Positions 1-13,609 of a DNA stretch of 64,000 nucleotides are shown here, one piece after another (within the stretch, counting starts at the first letter, position 1; each line of letters starts with the position of its first letter). A program made the translations under genes and the position numbers. The stretch is taken from contig CT868108.1 of the NCBI GenBank assembly GCA_000165425.1, positions 186,001 through 250,000 on the forward strand, read 5' to 3'. This DNA is from Paramecium tetraurelia. Lineage: Eukaryota. The notes below the pieces were generated by a model. It made no database searches. It had not been told where the DNA came from and was given only the letters and a program-made list of their open reading frames with translations.

Positions 1-3000
1 TAATATCAGATAGAAACTTAAACTTACTAAGAAATATATTAGATAATGAAAAAGTAATGCGAATGCCTTTCTAAATATATTTAGAGAGACTAATTTTTTA
101 TCGTTAATTTGTCTATATTTAAAATTAGATTATTTTTTTTTCAAAGATTTATCAATATTATCCAGATCCATAGAATACCCATAAATAATTTATCTGCTAT
201 TTTAGATTTTCAAAGTTATCTATTTCAATCTTATAATTTCCAGCTCAACCTAATGGAGATCTTGATTTTTTAATATAGACAATATTTTATTTTTGGCATT
301 TCGAATCTGTTTCAAATGATAGATTTTTAGAATAATCAAAATGAAAGATATTACTCCAAATACCGTTGTGTATAATCTGATGATGGTCATTTTCTAGTTT
401 GAATATATCAGAGTGTGTTCTAAAGTAAAGTTTTCCAGATCAACAAACTTTTTATATAGTATTAGACTGTTCTTATATGAGTAATAAAAATAAGGTCCAT
501 CTGTCAATAATGGTTTCACAGTATAAGCCAATTTATATTCATATTAGTAATTAAGTAACAAATGAATTGACTCTCTAAAACTAATATTATAATTCACTCC
601 AGTATTATTCGTCACATATAAAGAAAGAATTAAATAATTCTCCTCTAAAAATGGTTAAAATTACGGGATGTATAATACTTTTGTAATACTTTTTTTTAAA
701 AGATCATACCCTGATAACAAATTTGATCTTGGAAATTAAACTAAATGTGCATACTCAATATCATCAATAAATTTCAGACCGAGCAATTAATTATAATTTA
801 CAATAGTGTATCTAGTTACTAAAAAGGAGTCAATTGGTTAGTACACTTCATTCTTTATTGAAAGTAATTCTAAATGAGATATCAAACTTTTGAATTCATA
901 GGTTTCATCAAATATAATTATCGAAAAAATTATAGCTATAAGAATGTAAATTAGATAAATGATAATAAATGCAACCCAATTCTTGGATTATTTTTGAGAA
1001 TTGAGAATAATTGAGGATTGTTTAAATGCTTGATAGTAGGGAGACCTCTTTACTTAAGCAATACTTGATAAATTTGTGAAATTTTCTAACTTTTTGTTGA
1101 TTTTATTACTGAACCGAGGGAAAGAGGTTTCAGTTTATTTCTTTTCTTTTATTAATTGGAAATCATTATTGTCCTATAATAATTCTATTTGCATTTCTTG
1201 TCGTTCTGTGTTTAATATCATTTATTGCTTTTGGTACTCCTCTTCCGGATCTGGAAGGTTGATTTCAATTTATTCATCGATATCAAAAGGGTTCTCAGAA
1301 TTTTACTAACATCTAAATTATGTAATAGAATTAACTTTATCTAATTTAAGGTTATCTAATCTCAATACATATATATATTGATTTTCTTAAAAAAATCTTT
1401 GAGTAATTGATAAATGACATGAATACAATGTTATATTTTCAATATCACTGAGACAATTAAAAGTTCTTGTTTTTCCCTTTTATTCATCTTCTTCATTGCC
1501 ATTTATAAAATTGATAGGACAAATTTTGATATCAAAGGTTTTCTCTTCAATATATCTTTTAAATTAAGGGATTATTTTTATAATACTAATTCCAATTATA
1601 TGATCCAAATAAGCTTCAGACAGATTTAAACCACCAAAAAATAAGTTATGACTTATTTCTTAAAGTCGTAAATTAGAATCAACAAATATTATATGTTTTT
1701 CACTTTGTGGCAACCTATATAGAGTAATGATTTCGATATTTTATGAATTTTTTTGATTCAAATCCATACAAATATCTATTGGTTAAATTATACCTTATCG
1801 TATTTTAATGAAAGTCTCCCCAATAGTTTAATAATATTTATTTTAACCTGTTTCAAGAAATTTTTCAACTAATAATTAATGTTATTATCGAAGTGATTAT
1901 GGTATTAAAGTTTATAACTATTCCCCCTCTTTTATGGTGAAGTGTTGGCCTTATGTTATTTAATGGTATTCAATTTGGATATTTTACACATCTATAATTT
2001 TGAATAACGCGAAATTAAAGCTTTAATTAAAAAAGTTAAATAATTCAGATTAATTGTGTTTAAGTATTATATCTTCATCAAGTGCAACAATCTAACTAAA
2101 GTTATATGCATCTAAAACATTATTCAACACTTCCACTTAATAGAACATCAAGACACTCTAATTTGAAATTGCTAAAATATATTTAAAAATAACATACTTG
2201 GAAATAATTCATAGTTTTTCTTCAATTTTTATAGAAATGTCTCCATTTCAAATAAGATCTTTTAGACTTTACGATTAAATTAATTCTGCTAAGTTTTATC
2301 ATTTAAGATAATGTTGAAGAATTCTATTTTTGAAATTACAACATTTAAAAACATTGTTTAAACATCGATAGTATTTGAATTAATTATAGATAATTATTTC
2401 ATAGCCAATGAAATTGTTTAGTGATTCGATTTCGATTTTGAAGTTTACTAAACCATTTTATTCTACATCCTTGCAATTATTTTACATTCTAATATTTTTA
2501 AGAAGGTTTATTACGAATTGCTCAACTCAACTCTTATTGTTAATCTATAAGTTCTGGAATTCATAATTGAAGGATTATTACTTTGAAATCTAAATAATTA
2601 CTCTATTATTTATTAGGCTTCAACATATTTATCTAGAATAATTAATGTTTAAACGTAATTTATATAAATCTATCCCAAATAAAAAGGATTTCTGATTTTA
2701 TCTGCTAAATTCTCTAATTATCTCAATATTTATTATAACATATGCTATCTAATCTTATCAATGATTTATTGAGATAGTAATTACTCATACTAAAACAAGA
2801 TTTCATTTTTTGAACAAAAAACTTAAACATATTAGAAAAGAAAAATTTAATTCTCCAGTTTCTTTGTATCTATGCCTTATTCTATAATGCAAGAAACATA
2901 TTTTAATTCAGTTATTGTTATCTCGCTAAAAGGCTTGTTAATCAGAATTTATTGTATATTTCTATCTAATAAAATTTTTATTATGAAAAGATTTATAGGA

Positions 3001-3881
3001 GCTAATGGAATCCACAATCTTAAGGTAAAACAGTTAAAAATACTGTCTAATAGTTGTAGTACTGCCATTAGAAATCCAATACTACCAGTCATAATTATTA
3101 TTAATAAATATGGATTTCTCATATGGATATGATTGAATCTAACCTACCAAAATTTATGAATAAAATTTAAGATAATCAATACTGCCTAAGCAACTTTGGC
3201 AGCTTCTTTGTTTTGTAAAAATGCATAATTTATTATTTGGAGTAATTTTAAGTATAAATTAATAATGTTTGTATCAGATTGGTTTATTGTTAAATACTAT
3301 AGTTAAGGTATAAATCTAATGCTTCTGTTTAAGAATTACCACTAAATAAACAGGATGATGCTTAACTAAAGAATTAGAACAATGCTTATTATAACAATGA
3401 TAATTGAACTCTAATCTTTAGTAGCAAGATGTAGCATACAAAATTCTATGATATTATGACCTAAATAGACTTTGTTAATAAACAAAAATAAGGAGATGAT
3501 TGAAATAATTGCCTATAATTTAGTTGAGTTCATTTGGCTAAATTATATTTCATTTATTATGTTGTTCTGTTTTTTTTTATTAAAAGCAATGCAATAATAT
3601 ATCCAAACGATGATAATTATTTGAATCAAAAGAAATATAATTCCAAAAGTTATTTCGTAATTCCCTTGAGTAAAAATATATATATGAGGTCTGGTTAAAA
3701 ATAAAATAATGGTAAAAGATTTACAAGGTTCGTAAGCAGGCTATTCTAAATAACTCACCATCTGAAGCTAAGCAAGAAAACCGAATATTAATTAAATTAA
3801 AGTCGGTAGTTTCAATGTAAACTATTAAAACACTATGCTAGTTTTAATAATATCATTTAGCAATTTTGACAATCCGTTCAT
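1..3881 (-). CDS. Large multipass membrane protein with PAS-like domain (TmcB-like family); 3' end runs off the window
   Basis: Code-6 ORF from ATG 3881 (MNGLSKLLNDIIKTSIVF...). Several hydrophobic segments, a PAS-like motif LQTLIPQSLRQQHQLLVEKFLETGQ, and a later TM segment NWVAFIIIYLIYILIAIIFSIII. Introns at 2172-2197 and 1313-1335. Confidence 0.75.
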
Positions 3882-4063
3882 TCAACTAATGATAAATAAA
3901 TTATTAATTTCTTATTAATTCAGAATTAATAAATCAAAGAATTCTTGCATGTTTACTCATTAGGTTTGATTCCGCTTATTAATAAAATTGATTTATAATT
4001 TAGAGATTTATTTAAATTAACATGTTATTTTAGAATTGAGTATTAGTTTGTAGTATAAAAATA

Positions 4064-5779
4064 TCATAATATTATATAATAACAATTTTCAAGTAGAGTT
4101 TAACAATAATTTAGTAATTCAAATTCTTGTGATAGCTGTTCTTTAACATTTAAAAGCAAGTTTATTGATTCCTATTTATATCTGCCTATTCTTTTTATTA
4201 TTTTCTTATTTCTAAATACAAGATCTGATGACAATTCTTGGTATTTTTAAGGATTTTCAAATTTTTCTACAATTCTAATAATCATTTCTTTTTTTGAATA
4301 CTTTTAAGATTGTAAATTTTGAGAAGATTAAAGATTATCAATTTAATTGAGTTTGAATTCTATTTTTTCTAAAAGTTATTCTATATAGAAGGAATTTGTA
4401 AACCTTGTGAAGTTTTGGTTTTTACGATCGAATAAACAATTAACTAATAGAGATTAGCAAAATTATTCTATATAATAGAGCGAATGGAACAGTTGATGAG
4501 ATTACTTCTGATCATTTTTCAATAGACACTGCATAGTTAGATTTGGTAATATGAGAGTATAAAAATGATTTATACCATTCTCAATCCCATAAGGATAAAT
4601 GATTGATTATTCGTAAATATTGATATTCTAATTAGAGTTGTAATCAGTAGTTTCATAGGTCTAAACAATAATAATATTGCTTGGCCTATTGAGTTAAAGA
4701 TCATTAAGGATTTCCATACAATTAAGGGCTTTTAAATTTATAGAAGATTTCTTCATATCCTTCATTTAATAGATAGCAGCAATCGGTAATCGGTTAATAT
4801 TGACATACTCAATTAATTGATTTTGAAAATGTTTAGTAAGAAAGATTAATTAGAAATTCTTAGATAACACAAAAATCATATCTTTTAAATTTGTTAATGT
4901 GTAAATTGTAGAATTTTAGACTAGTTTACTAAAATAATGATCCTTAGTATGTTGATAATCTATATAAAGTTGAGACTATAGAAAATCCTATTAGAATCCA
5001 TAATAACTAGATTCACAAAATCCCAAGAGTTCATCAAAAACGATTAGCACCACATTATTTATTTACGAGTTTGTAATTTTTAATTATTCGAGCTGTAATA
5101 AAACTGTATTAATGAATGGTTTTTTTATTTAGATTTCAGATGTTTGTTTTGGTAGTGAGGTAATGGGTCTAATAAACTATGTTTTAGGACTTTTGCTAAG
5201 TTCATACACAGGTTGATTATAAGGAAAAGTGTTTTCAAAAGAAGAATTGTTTGAAGCTGAGGATTTTCTTTTAGCATTTGCTTAAGTCAGTTATTTAATT
5301 CCCATCTACTCAATAGTTAAACCATTATTAGGATTTTATTTGGGAGAGCGAAACTTGATATTTTTATTATGTGAAAAGCTCCCTTTAATTATTTTTCCAG
5401 GTATTTTGACACTATATTTCTCCTTTCTCATTTAATAGTAATTAGCACAAGCTGGTTTTATTTAATATTTTGATAAATTAGGTTCTTAATGGATGTTATG
5501 AATGAAACTACTTGTTACATCATTTTGGTTTTCTTCATTCCTAGAATCATTAGATATATAGGATTTTGCATTAATTTGTGGTAAGGTGATTCTTTTCTCT
5601 TGATTTGATGAATTTAAAGCCACAAAGGGTGAATAATTCTTCTTCCAATAACCCTTTATTAAAGCCTTAGGAGAATAGGAAGTATTGGTTTTGATTTCTC
5701 TTTATGAAATAGATTTAATATAGTCATCATTGACGTAGTATTATTAAATGGGGTCCATTTTAGTTAAAGCCTGAATCAT
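4064..5779 (-). CDS. Hypothetical protein (~571 aa), low-complexity N-terminal half and globular C-terminal half
   Basis: Uninterrupted code-6 ORF MIQALTKMDPIQQYYV...VVLIVFDELLGFCES...ENCYYIIL-TGA; 1716 nt, divisible by 3. Confidence 0.75.
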
Positions 5780-5879
5780 TATAATTAATTTTATAATTGA
5801 TCTAAAAAATAATATAGTGAAAGTGAATATTGGGTAGTGATATCATATAGAACTCATAAATTAGATTTCACTAATAAAA

Positions 5880-7550
5880 TGGAAAAAAACATTAAAACTT
5901 AGTACAAAGAAGGATGATTCAATTTTTAATTACTGCTAGAGTTTTTCTAGTATTTTATAAAAACTCTAATGGCAGTAAATAAGCCATTAATTTGTTTATT
6001 AGTGTAATAATTAAATTTATCGATAATCTCCATTTATATAATTTATAGTAAAGCATCTATCATTTAAATTACATATATCCTATATCACTTAAATAAAACT
6101 ATTTATTATTAAATTTAAGGTGAGGAAAGTTCTTCTTTTGCAAATTCAAACTAACCTTCCATCCCTAAGATTGATAAAAACTCTAAACGAAATAATACAA
6201 AGGTAAGATTCCTCATGGAGGTTCCAATAAAAATAAATGTATTCAGATAGAATGAGTGAAGCCTAAGTATAATCCACTAGCACTTAAGTTAGACATTTAA
6301 TCGTCTTTAGATTAGGTCAAAATTCTCTATTACTATTGTTGATTGGACTCTATCTTTAATTAAAACTCTATTTTTATAAAGAGCAAGAATGTTTAGATGG
6401 ATATTATAATATTTCCATTAGAACAAAAATATTATTGAATTTAAATATTAATTACCTAATTTCTTAAATATCGGCCCAATAATACAAGGATTTACATAAA
6501 TCTCAAATAGTTATATGAAGTGATAAAGGATTTATGAATTTTCACCTTCATTTTAAATGATAAATTAGAGATGTTGATTCCACCACCCCAGTAGTTAATC
6601 GCTAAAAATATTACAGATGATGTGTTTATAATTAAGAATATGGATTCAAACAGGCCTAATTTTATAAAGAACACTTTCTGGATTTAGTAATTAGTAATAT
6701 TTTTATTCTAATAAATATTTATTGCTTCCAATAAATTTGAATAAATTAATTCTCTTAAATAGTAATATATATCTAATTTATTAAACGTTATGAAACTTTT
6801 ACGAATATTATAAATTATCAATTATAAAAATTTGCTTTAGACAATGTAATAACTATTGAGAATTATATTTGATTAATATTGAATAATAATCTAATAAAAT
6901 ATCAGAAAAAGTTTATTGTGTAAGACTTATATAATTTAAATATATACCTCTAAATATTTGTAACCATAAGGAAATTAGGATACTAATTATAGTTGATATC
7001 TCTTCTAGGAAATCCATCAAATTCCAAAATAAATTGAAATTTAAGAGTAATAATATATGTACCTAGAAATCATCTTCGAATTTTACCTATATTGATTACA
7101 AATATAATATATTGAATTTAAAATAGATATAAATAGATATCTGATCTAGAATTTTGAGAAATGAGGATTATTGCATTAGTTATAATTGATTTTAATTGTC
7201 AAATCTGATTTAATAATTAAGTAATATGTTTTAGTAGTAGATCCTCTACATTTATTCCACTGGGTTTTCACTAAATACATACTAGGATGGAACAATATAG
7301 CTGATTTTGAAAAGATTCCATTTAAAATTAAAAAGTCTGTAGAAACTTCTATTTGAAAGGCAATCTGAATGAAATTTAACTCTAAAATCAAATAAAGAGA
7401 TGTATGTAATTGGATATTGAGTTATATAGAAATATTAGCGATAAATACTTCAAAAAATGGCGTATTTAAGGATTGGATATTTGATTTTGATTGTGAACAG
7501 AGATTTTTGTAATGCATTCTGAGTTTTTTTTCATTAATTAGAGTATTTTA
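5880..7550 (+). pseudogene. Probable decayed gene relic, product unknown
   Basis: Protein-like stretches (LEMLIPPPQQLIAK; VDPLHLFHWVFTKYILGWNN; VCNWILSYIEIL) interrupted by several in-frame TGA that small introns do not remove. Boundaries approximate. Confidence 0.35.
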
Positions 7551-7584
7551 ATTATTTAAATTAAAATAACAAAGATTTTAATCA

Positions 7585-8017
7585 ATGAAGGCAGAACAAT
7601 AACAAAAGGGGGCAACCAAAACTGTGAAGAAAGTGAAGGTTAATAAGAAAGCACCAGTTAGGTATATTGAATATTTGAAAAAAGATTATGGGTCAAGGCT
7701 GCTTTCACTGGTTTCAGAAGATCTAAAGTTTAATAAAATGAGAATTAGGCATTGTTAAAGATTTAACATGTCGATGATGTTTCATCAAGCAGATTCTATT
7801 GGGGCAAGAGAGTAGCTTATATCTACAAGGCTCACTCTCTCAAGAACAACACTAAATTCAGAGTACTTCATAATCATAATGATTTTAGACAATCTGGGGT
7901 AGAATCAGCAGATCACATGGATCAAATGGAGTTGTGATTGCTCGTTTCAATAGAAATCTTCCACCAAGAGCCATCGGATCTACTTTGAGAGTATTCCTCT
8001 ATCCAAATAGGGCCTGA
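7585..8017 (+). CDS. RPL35A: 60S ribosomal protein L35a (eL33)
   Basis: RLWVKAAFTGFRRSK...FYWGKRVAYIYKA...IWGRISRSHGSNGVVIARFNRNLPPRAIGSTLRVFLYP. Introns at 7662-7684 (23 nt) and 7863-7888 (26 nt). Confidence 0.97.
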
Positions 8018-8080
8018 TCCATTATATTAATATGTACATTTATTTCCAGAAATTAAATAAACCAAATTTATTTTTTAAAT

Positions 8081-9757
8081 ATGAGTCAACCACCATAAGC
8101 ATCATAATCCAAGCTGCCAAAGGTAATATCCTAACCTCTATGTCAAGCTGTATCAGACGCAGTAAGAACCAGTTCGGGAACAAGAGGATTGGATAAAATG
8201 ATCTTAGATGCCAAAGGTCAGGTACTCATTTCAAATGATGGAGCCACCATACTCAAATAGATGGATTTGGTACATCCCACTCCAAAAATAGTATTCCATT
8301 CAATATTACAAAACCTAGTTGAAATTTATCATGCTTAAGATGTTGAGGCTGGAGATGGCACTACTTCAGTTATAGTATTCGCAGGAGCCTTATTGAAATC
8401 ATGTGAAATGCTTTTAGAGAAGGGAATACATCCAACCACTATTTCAGAGGGATTCCAGTATGCCTAAGAAAATGCTTTAAAAGCTTTGGATGAATTGAAA
8501 AAACAAGTTGATCTAGAAGATAAATAATAATTGATTGAGCGTGTTTAAACAGCATTACCATCAAAAGTGGTTTCATCCAATAGTGAATAATTGGTTCCAC
8601 TTGCTGTTGACGCAGTCTTGAGAATTGTTAACCCTCTTAAGTCTAATAATGTTGAACTTAAAGATATCATAATAGTCAAAAAATTAGGAGGCACAATTGA
8701 TGACACTGAATTAGTTGAAGGAATTGTATTCTCTAATTAAAAAGCAAGTTAAACAGCCGAGGGACCTTAAAAAATAGAAAATGCTAAAGTGGCACTGTTG
8801 TAATTCTATTTATCTGCACCTAAAACGAATGTTGAGAATTCAATTGCCATTAAAGATTATACAGAAATGGATAAAATTTTGAAGGATGATAGAAAATATA
8901 TTATAGACCTAGTTAAATAGATTGTAGCATCAGGCGCAAATGTATTATTGATTTAAAAAAGTATTTTAAGAGATGCTGTCAATGATCTTTCATTGCATTT
9001 CATAGCAAAAAAAGGTATTATGTATGTGAAAGATATTGAAAGAGAGGATGTAGAATTTATATCTAAGGTATACTTAAATGTTGATAAGTATTATAATAGA
9101 CCTTATGTTTAGTAACAGTAGCGCATATAGATTAGTTGACTCCTGAAAATTAGGAACTGCTGGACTTGTTGAAACTGTATTCTTGAATGTAAAAGCAGAA
9201 TGTTGAGAATTACTGGAGTGCCAGCATAGTCTAAAGCTTTAAAAATCTTAGTTAGAGGGTCAAACCAATTAGATTTAGATGAGGCTGACAGAAGCATTCA
9301 TGATGCCTTGTGTGTTGTTAAAAGTCTTGTTAAATGTAGAGGTTTGATTCCAGGAGGAGGAACACCTGAAATCCACTTATCCTTAAAATTGACTCAAAAG
9401 GCTAATACATTAGCAGGTGCCAGATCTATGTGTGTTAGAGCTTTTGCTGAGCCCTTGAAGTGATTCCTTACACTCTTGCAGAAAATGCAGGTAATTTATA
9501 CTCTATCTGTAGGATTGAATCCAATCAATGTAGTTACTGAGTTAAGAAATAGACATCTTAAATCTTAAAGTTTGCAGGTATAGGAATGAAGAAAGTAAGT
9601 ATCCTTTAATATAATAATTCAGAATAATATTGTTGATGATATTATAACTGAATAAATGGTCTAACCTATTTTAGTAACAAGAAGTGCTTTGAGTTTGGCT
9701 ACAGAATGTATTAGAATGATCCTCAAGATTGATGATCTTGTCATCCCAGCCCGTTTA
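8081..9757 (+). pseudogene. CCT4: Chaperonin CCT delta subunit, disrupted copy
   Basis: Group II chaperonin motifs ([38 protein letters not shown]). The ATG is out of frame with QAAK, there are -1 frameshifts near 9148, 9192, 9452 and 9568, the acceptor of intron 8291-8314 ends in AC, and TTA stands where the stop is expected. Confidence 0.88.
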
Positions 9758-9859
9758 TGTTTAACATATTTATATATAATGATTAAATGGATTAATTGAA
9801 ACTTAATTTAAAATAGATTCTCTATTTCTATCTAATTTATGATAATATTAAATAAATTA

Positions 9860-10468
9860 ATGTTTAAAAATTCAAGAACAAAGCAGGTTAACCAACCAGT
9901 TTTCAAATTAAAGCAATTTTTGAATACTATTGTTGTGCCCTGTTCATCAAAAGATCCAACTAATAGTTTAAAGAATTCAATTGAGAGTTCAAGATTTGCA
10001 TCATATCATAATATCAGTAATTCTCTTCGCAAAAATATAATCCTCAATTAACATTCTTTGTTACCTACTAATAGTAATCGAAAATCACTTGTTATCGAAA
10101 CTAATTAAACATCTACAATAACAATTGATCATGTCTAATAGGAGTATAACAATAAAAAAAATACTAAACAAATCAGAAAACATTTCAGATAATTAAAGAA
10201 TCTTAGTATCGGTCAGAATTCTAATGATAATCTGAATTCAACAAATGAAGAATTATAAACACTTTAATCAAATAAAAATAGGGCAACCAAATATAATACT
10301 AATAATAAAAATGTATAGTAAAAATCAAGGAAACAAAAATTAATAGACTTTTTGAAAGGTGAAAATTAAGGCATTTAATTTACATAATTATTACAAAAAA
10401 AATACTCAAAATAGTATACTTTATTTCCATTTTTCACAATTAAAAAATATCAAGAACTCTAATTTTGA
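9860..10468 (+). CDS. Hypothetical low-complexity N/K/Q-rich protein (~202 aa)
   Basis: Code-6 ORF MFKNSRTKQV...KKYQELQF-TGA; an alternative in-frame ATG lies at 9839. Confidence 0.6.
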
Positions 10469-10502
10469 AATTTTGTTTGTATTATTATTATTTTCAATCA
10501 TA

Positions 10503-12229
10503 ATGCTTGATAATCCAAAAATATAACTAAAAACAGAACTAACATTACTAGGAATGGAATACTTAATCAATATTCAAGCTAATGATCATTTACTGTATAT
10601 ATATATTATACTTTAGTTATATAGAATTAGAATCGAAATATGCACCCTAAATCTGGAAAAATACTTACACTATTGATTATATTGAAGAGCTTACTCGTAA
10701 AACAGGAAATCAGAAAAAATTCAATGTATTTCTTTCCATGTTATAAACTGCAATATAAAAAACCAATGAAAATGTATTAAAATATATTTTAATTAGATAT
10801 TTTTTGAAATTTTGACATACCAAGATCTAGAGAATCTCAAATAATAGAAATAATAAAATTAAAGTCATATTTCTAGAACGTCATCAACGAATTCAAAAAT
10901 CAATAAAAGATATCTCATCTTGTCATATAAGAATGATTTAGAAAAGGTTCATTATCCTTTAGCCTTAAATTATGAAGAACATATTGAAAACTCAAGATTA
11001 ATGACTAAAATCTAGAATCTAAAAACCGAATTATTAGAGCATAAATCATAAAAATAGAATGACTCAGAATTTTAAGTTTCGAATTTAATTTCCATTAGTA
11101 AAAGGGATAATTAAACATTCGATTCCTTAGTGAATTAAAATGAATTATTGAAAGCAAAGGCCAAGAGATTGGAAGAGGCTTTGACCCAAAAAAAAGGGGC
11201 AGTTGAAGTGGATTAATTGATTAGAGATAATGAGGACTTATAAAATTTGTTAAATACATCCAAATTGTTATATGAAGAGAAGATCTAGAAGTTAGAACAA
11301 TAGATAGATTTGAAAAGTACAGAAATCGTTCTGTAAATGTCTGAAGTACTTATAATGAAAATAAAGATTAGATAAATGCATTTAAGAAAGAGTTATCTAG
11401 ATTGATTGGCTAAGTAGAGATGGATAATCATATCAAAGAGAAAATCAAACTTATGAATGAGGATGAGGAAAGTAAATTGGTAAAAGCATAGAAAACTATT
11501 CAAAAATATGAAAAAGAAGTGGAAGCTCTTATATAGTATGTAATTGATAAAATCATAGATAAATAGATTCATTAAAGAAATAAGATGCAGTACAAAAGAG
11601 AAAAATAAATTAATTGGAGACCGAACTATCTTAGTCAATGAAAAGGTTTAGTTACAAAGGAGTTACTGACAGACTTTATTCTTCATATAGTAACCACTCT
11701 AATGCTAGCAAAAAATCGAATTACTCAGTTCCGAAAAGAGAGAATTCAAATAATTCATCTAGAAATGCATCTCCAAATGTAAGGCAGACTTCTCCAATTT
11801 TAAATAAGAATTCACATTCTTCTGTTTAAAATTCAGTAAGTATAGACAGTATTTTAGTCTGCAAATCAAAGACCTAAGTTTTATAACACTTCTCCAATGA
11901 ATAAACAGCCAATTTAGAAGAAATCATCTCCAGCTAGACCCCAACAATAGATTAAGCCTAATCCTATTAGGACATCTCCAATAACTTAATAGAAACCATC
12001 TCCTGGCAGAAACAATATCTTTAAATAGCCTTCTCCTCCAAGATAATATAATTAACAACATAGAGTTTCTCAATTATAGTAGACTAAATAAAGGACAAAT
12101 TAATCTGCTAATAATTATAAGTAACCTATCAAATAGGTACACCAATATGATTGGAAGTCAGGGAATGTAACAGAACTTGACAATAAAATAAATAATTTAA
12201 AAAATATATTGTCGAAAGCTAAAAGGTGA
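10503..12229 (+). CDS. CCDC61: CCDC61/VFL3-like basal body coiled-coil protein
   Basis: N-terminal head motifs IEELTRKTGNQKKFNVFLSML, EILTYQDLE and KRYLILSY...VHYPLAL, then a coiled coil and an S/P/Q-rich tail; small introns present. Confidence 0.88.
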
Positions 12230-12296
12230 TTGAGTATTATTTGTGTTTAAATAAAATGAAATAAAAATTAATGAACCAAAAAATCTTATAAATTTA

Positions 12297-12941
12297 TCAT
12301 TTTTTTGTTTTTTTAGTGGGCTAAGGACTGGATTCCTCATCATCGTCATCTAAGTCACCATCGTCCTCATCTAAATCATCATCTGATTCTTCAGAATCTC
12401 TTTCTATACCTTCTTCATCGTCACTATATTCAATATCATTTCCATTTTTATCCTTGTTATCTAAAACCGACAATCCAGGAACTAAATCAAAGACCTTTTA
12501 GAAGTATCCTGGTAATTGAGCAATAGGATTATCAGATAAATCTAATTGTTGTAATTTTTTCAATTGCTTGATGGACTCCAATTCCTAATGATATAACTAA
12601 TAAGATACAGCAAATGTTTTAATTGAATTTTCTGCTAAGCTTAAACACATCAATTTTGGATATGTGGTGGCAATAAATTTAATTGCCTCTCCATCCAATT
12701 AATTGGTTTCCAACACCAAATTCTGCAAATTTGGTAATTTAGGAAATCCCTCAAGTGTCTTTAAGGAGCACTCAACTAGACTTAAAGACTCTAGTTGACT
12801 TTGAGATTCAAGAAGTTCAGCGACCTATTTCTCTAATTTCACAATCTTAACATTGTCAAGATCAAACTCCATTAATTTACCTTCTTGTTCTTCTGTTTTT
12901 TATTCGATTGCTTTTTTAAATATTTCTAATATGTGAGCCAT
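12297..12941 (-). CDS. ANP32/LANP-like acidic leucine-rich nuclear protein
   Basis: LRRs (LKTLEGFPKLPNLQNLVLETNQL, LQQLDLSDNPI), an LRR cap (VFDLVPGLSVLD), a D/E-rich tail and a C-terminal basic NLS-like PTKKTKK; one 24-nt intron. Confidence 0.88.
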
Positions 12942-12959
12942 TTATTAAAATAATTAATA

Positions 12960-13562
12960 TCATTTAATTAACTATTACGCTATATGCTAAAAAGGGTGAT
13001 CAATGTCCTGATTACGTGCCTATTTTAATTAAGCGAATCAAGTACTGTTGACACTGAGAAGAATGACAATCCTAATTAACTTGCTAATTGCATCCCTTAT
13101 TTATTTTCTATCTTTCTGATTGCTTGTAAGTCTGATTTCATGGCAACTAAAACACCTGGCAATTTCTTTCCATTAGCCTTCGTTACTCTCTCAAACCATT
13201 CTTTGGCTGCCTCATAGGTTGTCTCTTTGGTCATATCGTAACATAAAAATACAAAGTTGGCATCTTTCAACTTGAATAATATTATTTAAATTTAACTATG
13301 TTAGATTTTAAAATCGCTTATTCATATATTTCGGATCCTGCAATATCAAATAAGTATAATTCGACATCTTTTTCCTCCTATTCAAAGGGAATCAACTTTG
13401 TTGATATTTCAGCTATTTGAGTCTATGATAATTGAATTAAGGTAATACTAGTTGATAATCCTTGAGAAAATTGACTTCTCCTGTAGTATACAATTAGATC
13501 AGGGCAGATTTTCCGACTGCAGAGCTACCGACCACCAATACCTTAGCTGTTACTTTTCTCAT
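12960..13562 (-). CDS. IFT27: Rab-like small GTPase, IFT27/RABL4
   Basis: KVLVVGSSAVGKSAL, NFLKDYQLT, VELYLFDIAGSEIY, LPGVLVAMKSDL, FFSVST, DIDHPF; no C-terminal Cys prenylation motif; three 26-nt introns. Confidence 0.82.
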
Positions 13563-13609
13563 TGAATATTAAATAATTTAAAAATAATATAATATTAATA
13601 ATATATTAT

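Noticed and set aside
1076..3132. Plus-strand track ORFs at 1076 and 2872
   Set aside because: Antisense shadows of the long minus-strand PAS membrane gene.
6500..7400. In-frame TGA codons read as selenocysteine or Trp recoding
   Set aside because: They are accompanied by frame shifts, lack a redox-motif context or recognisable SECIS, and TGA is the stop in all intact genes.
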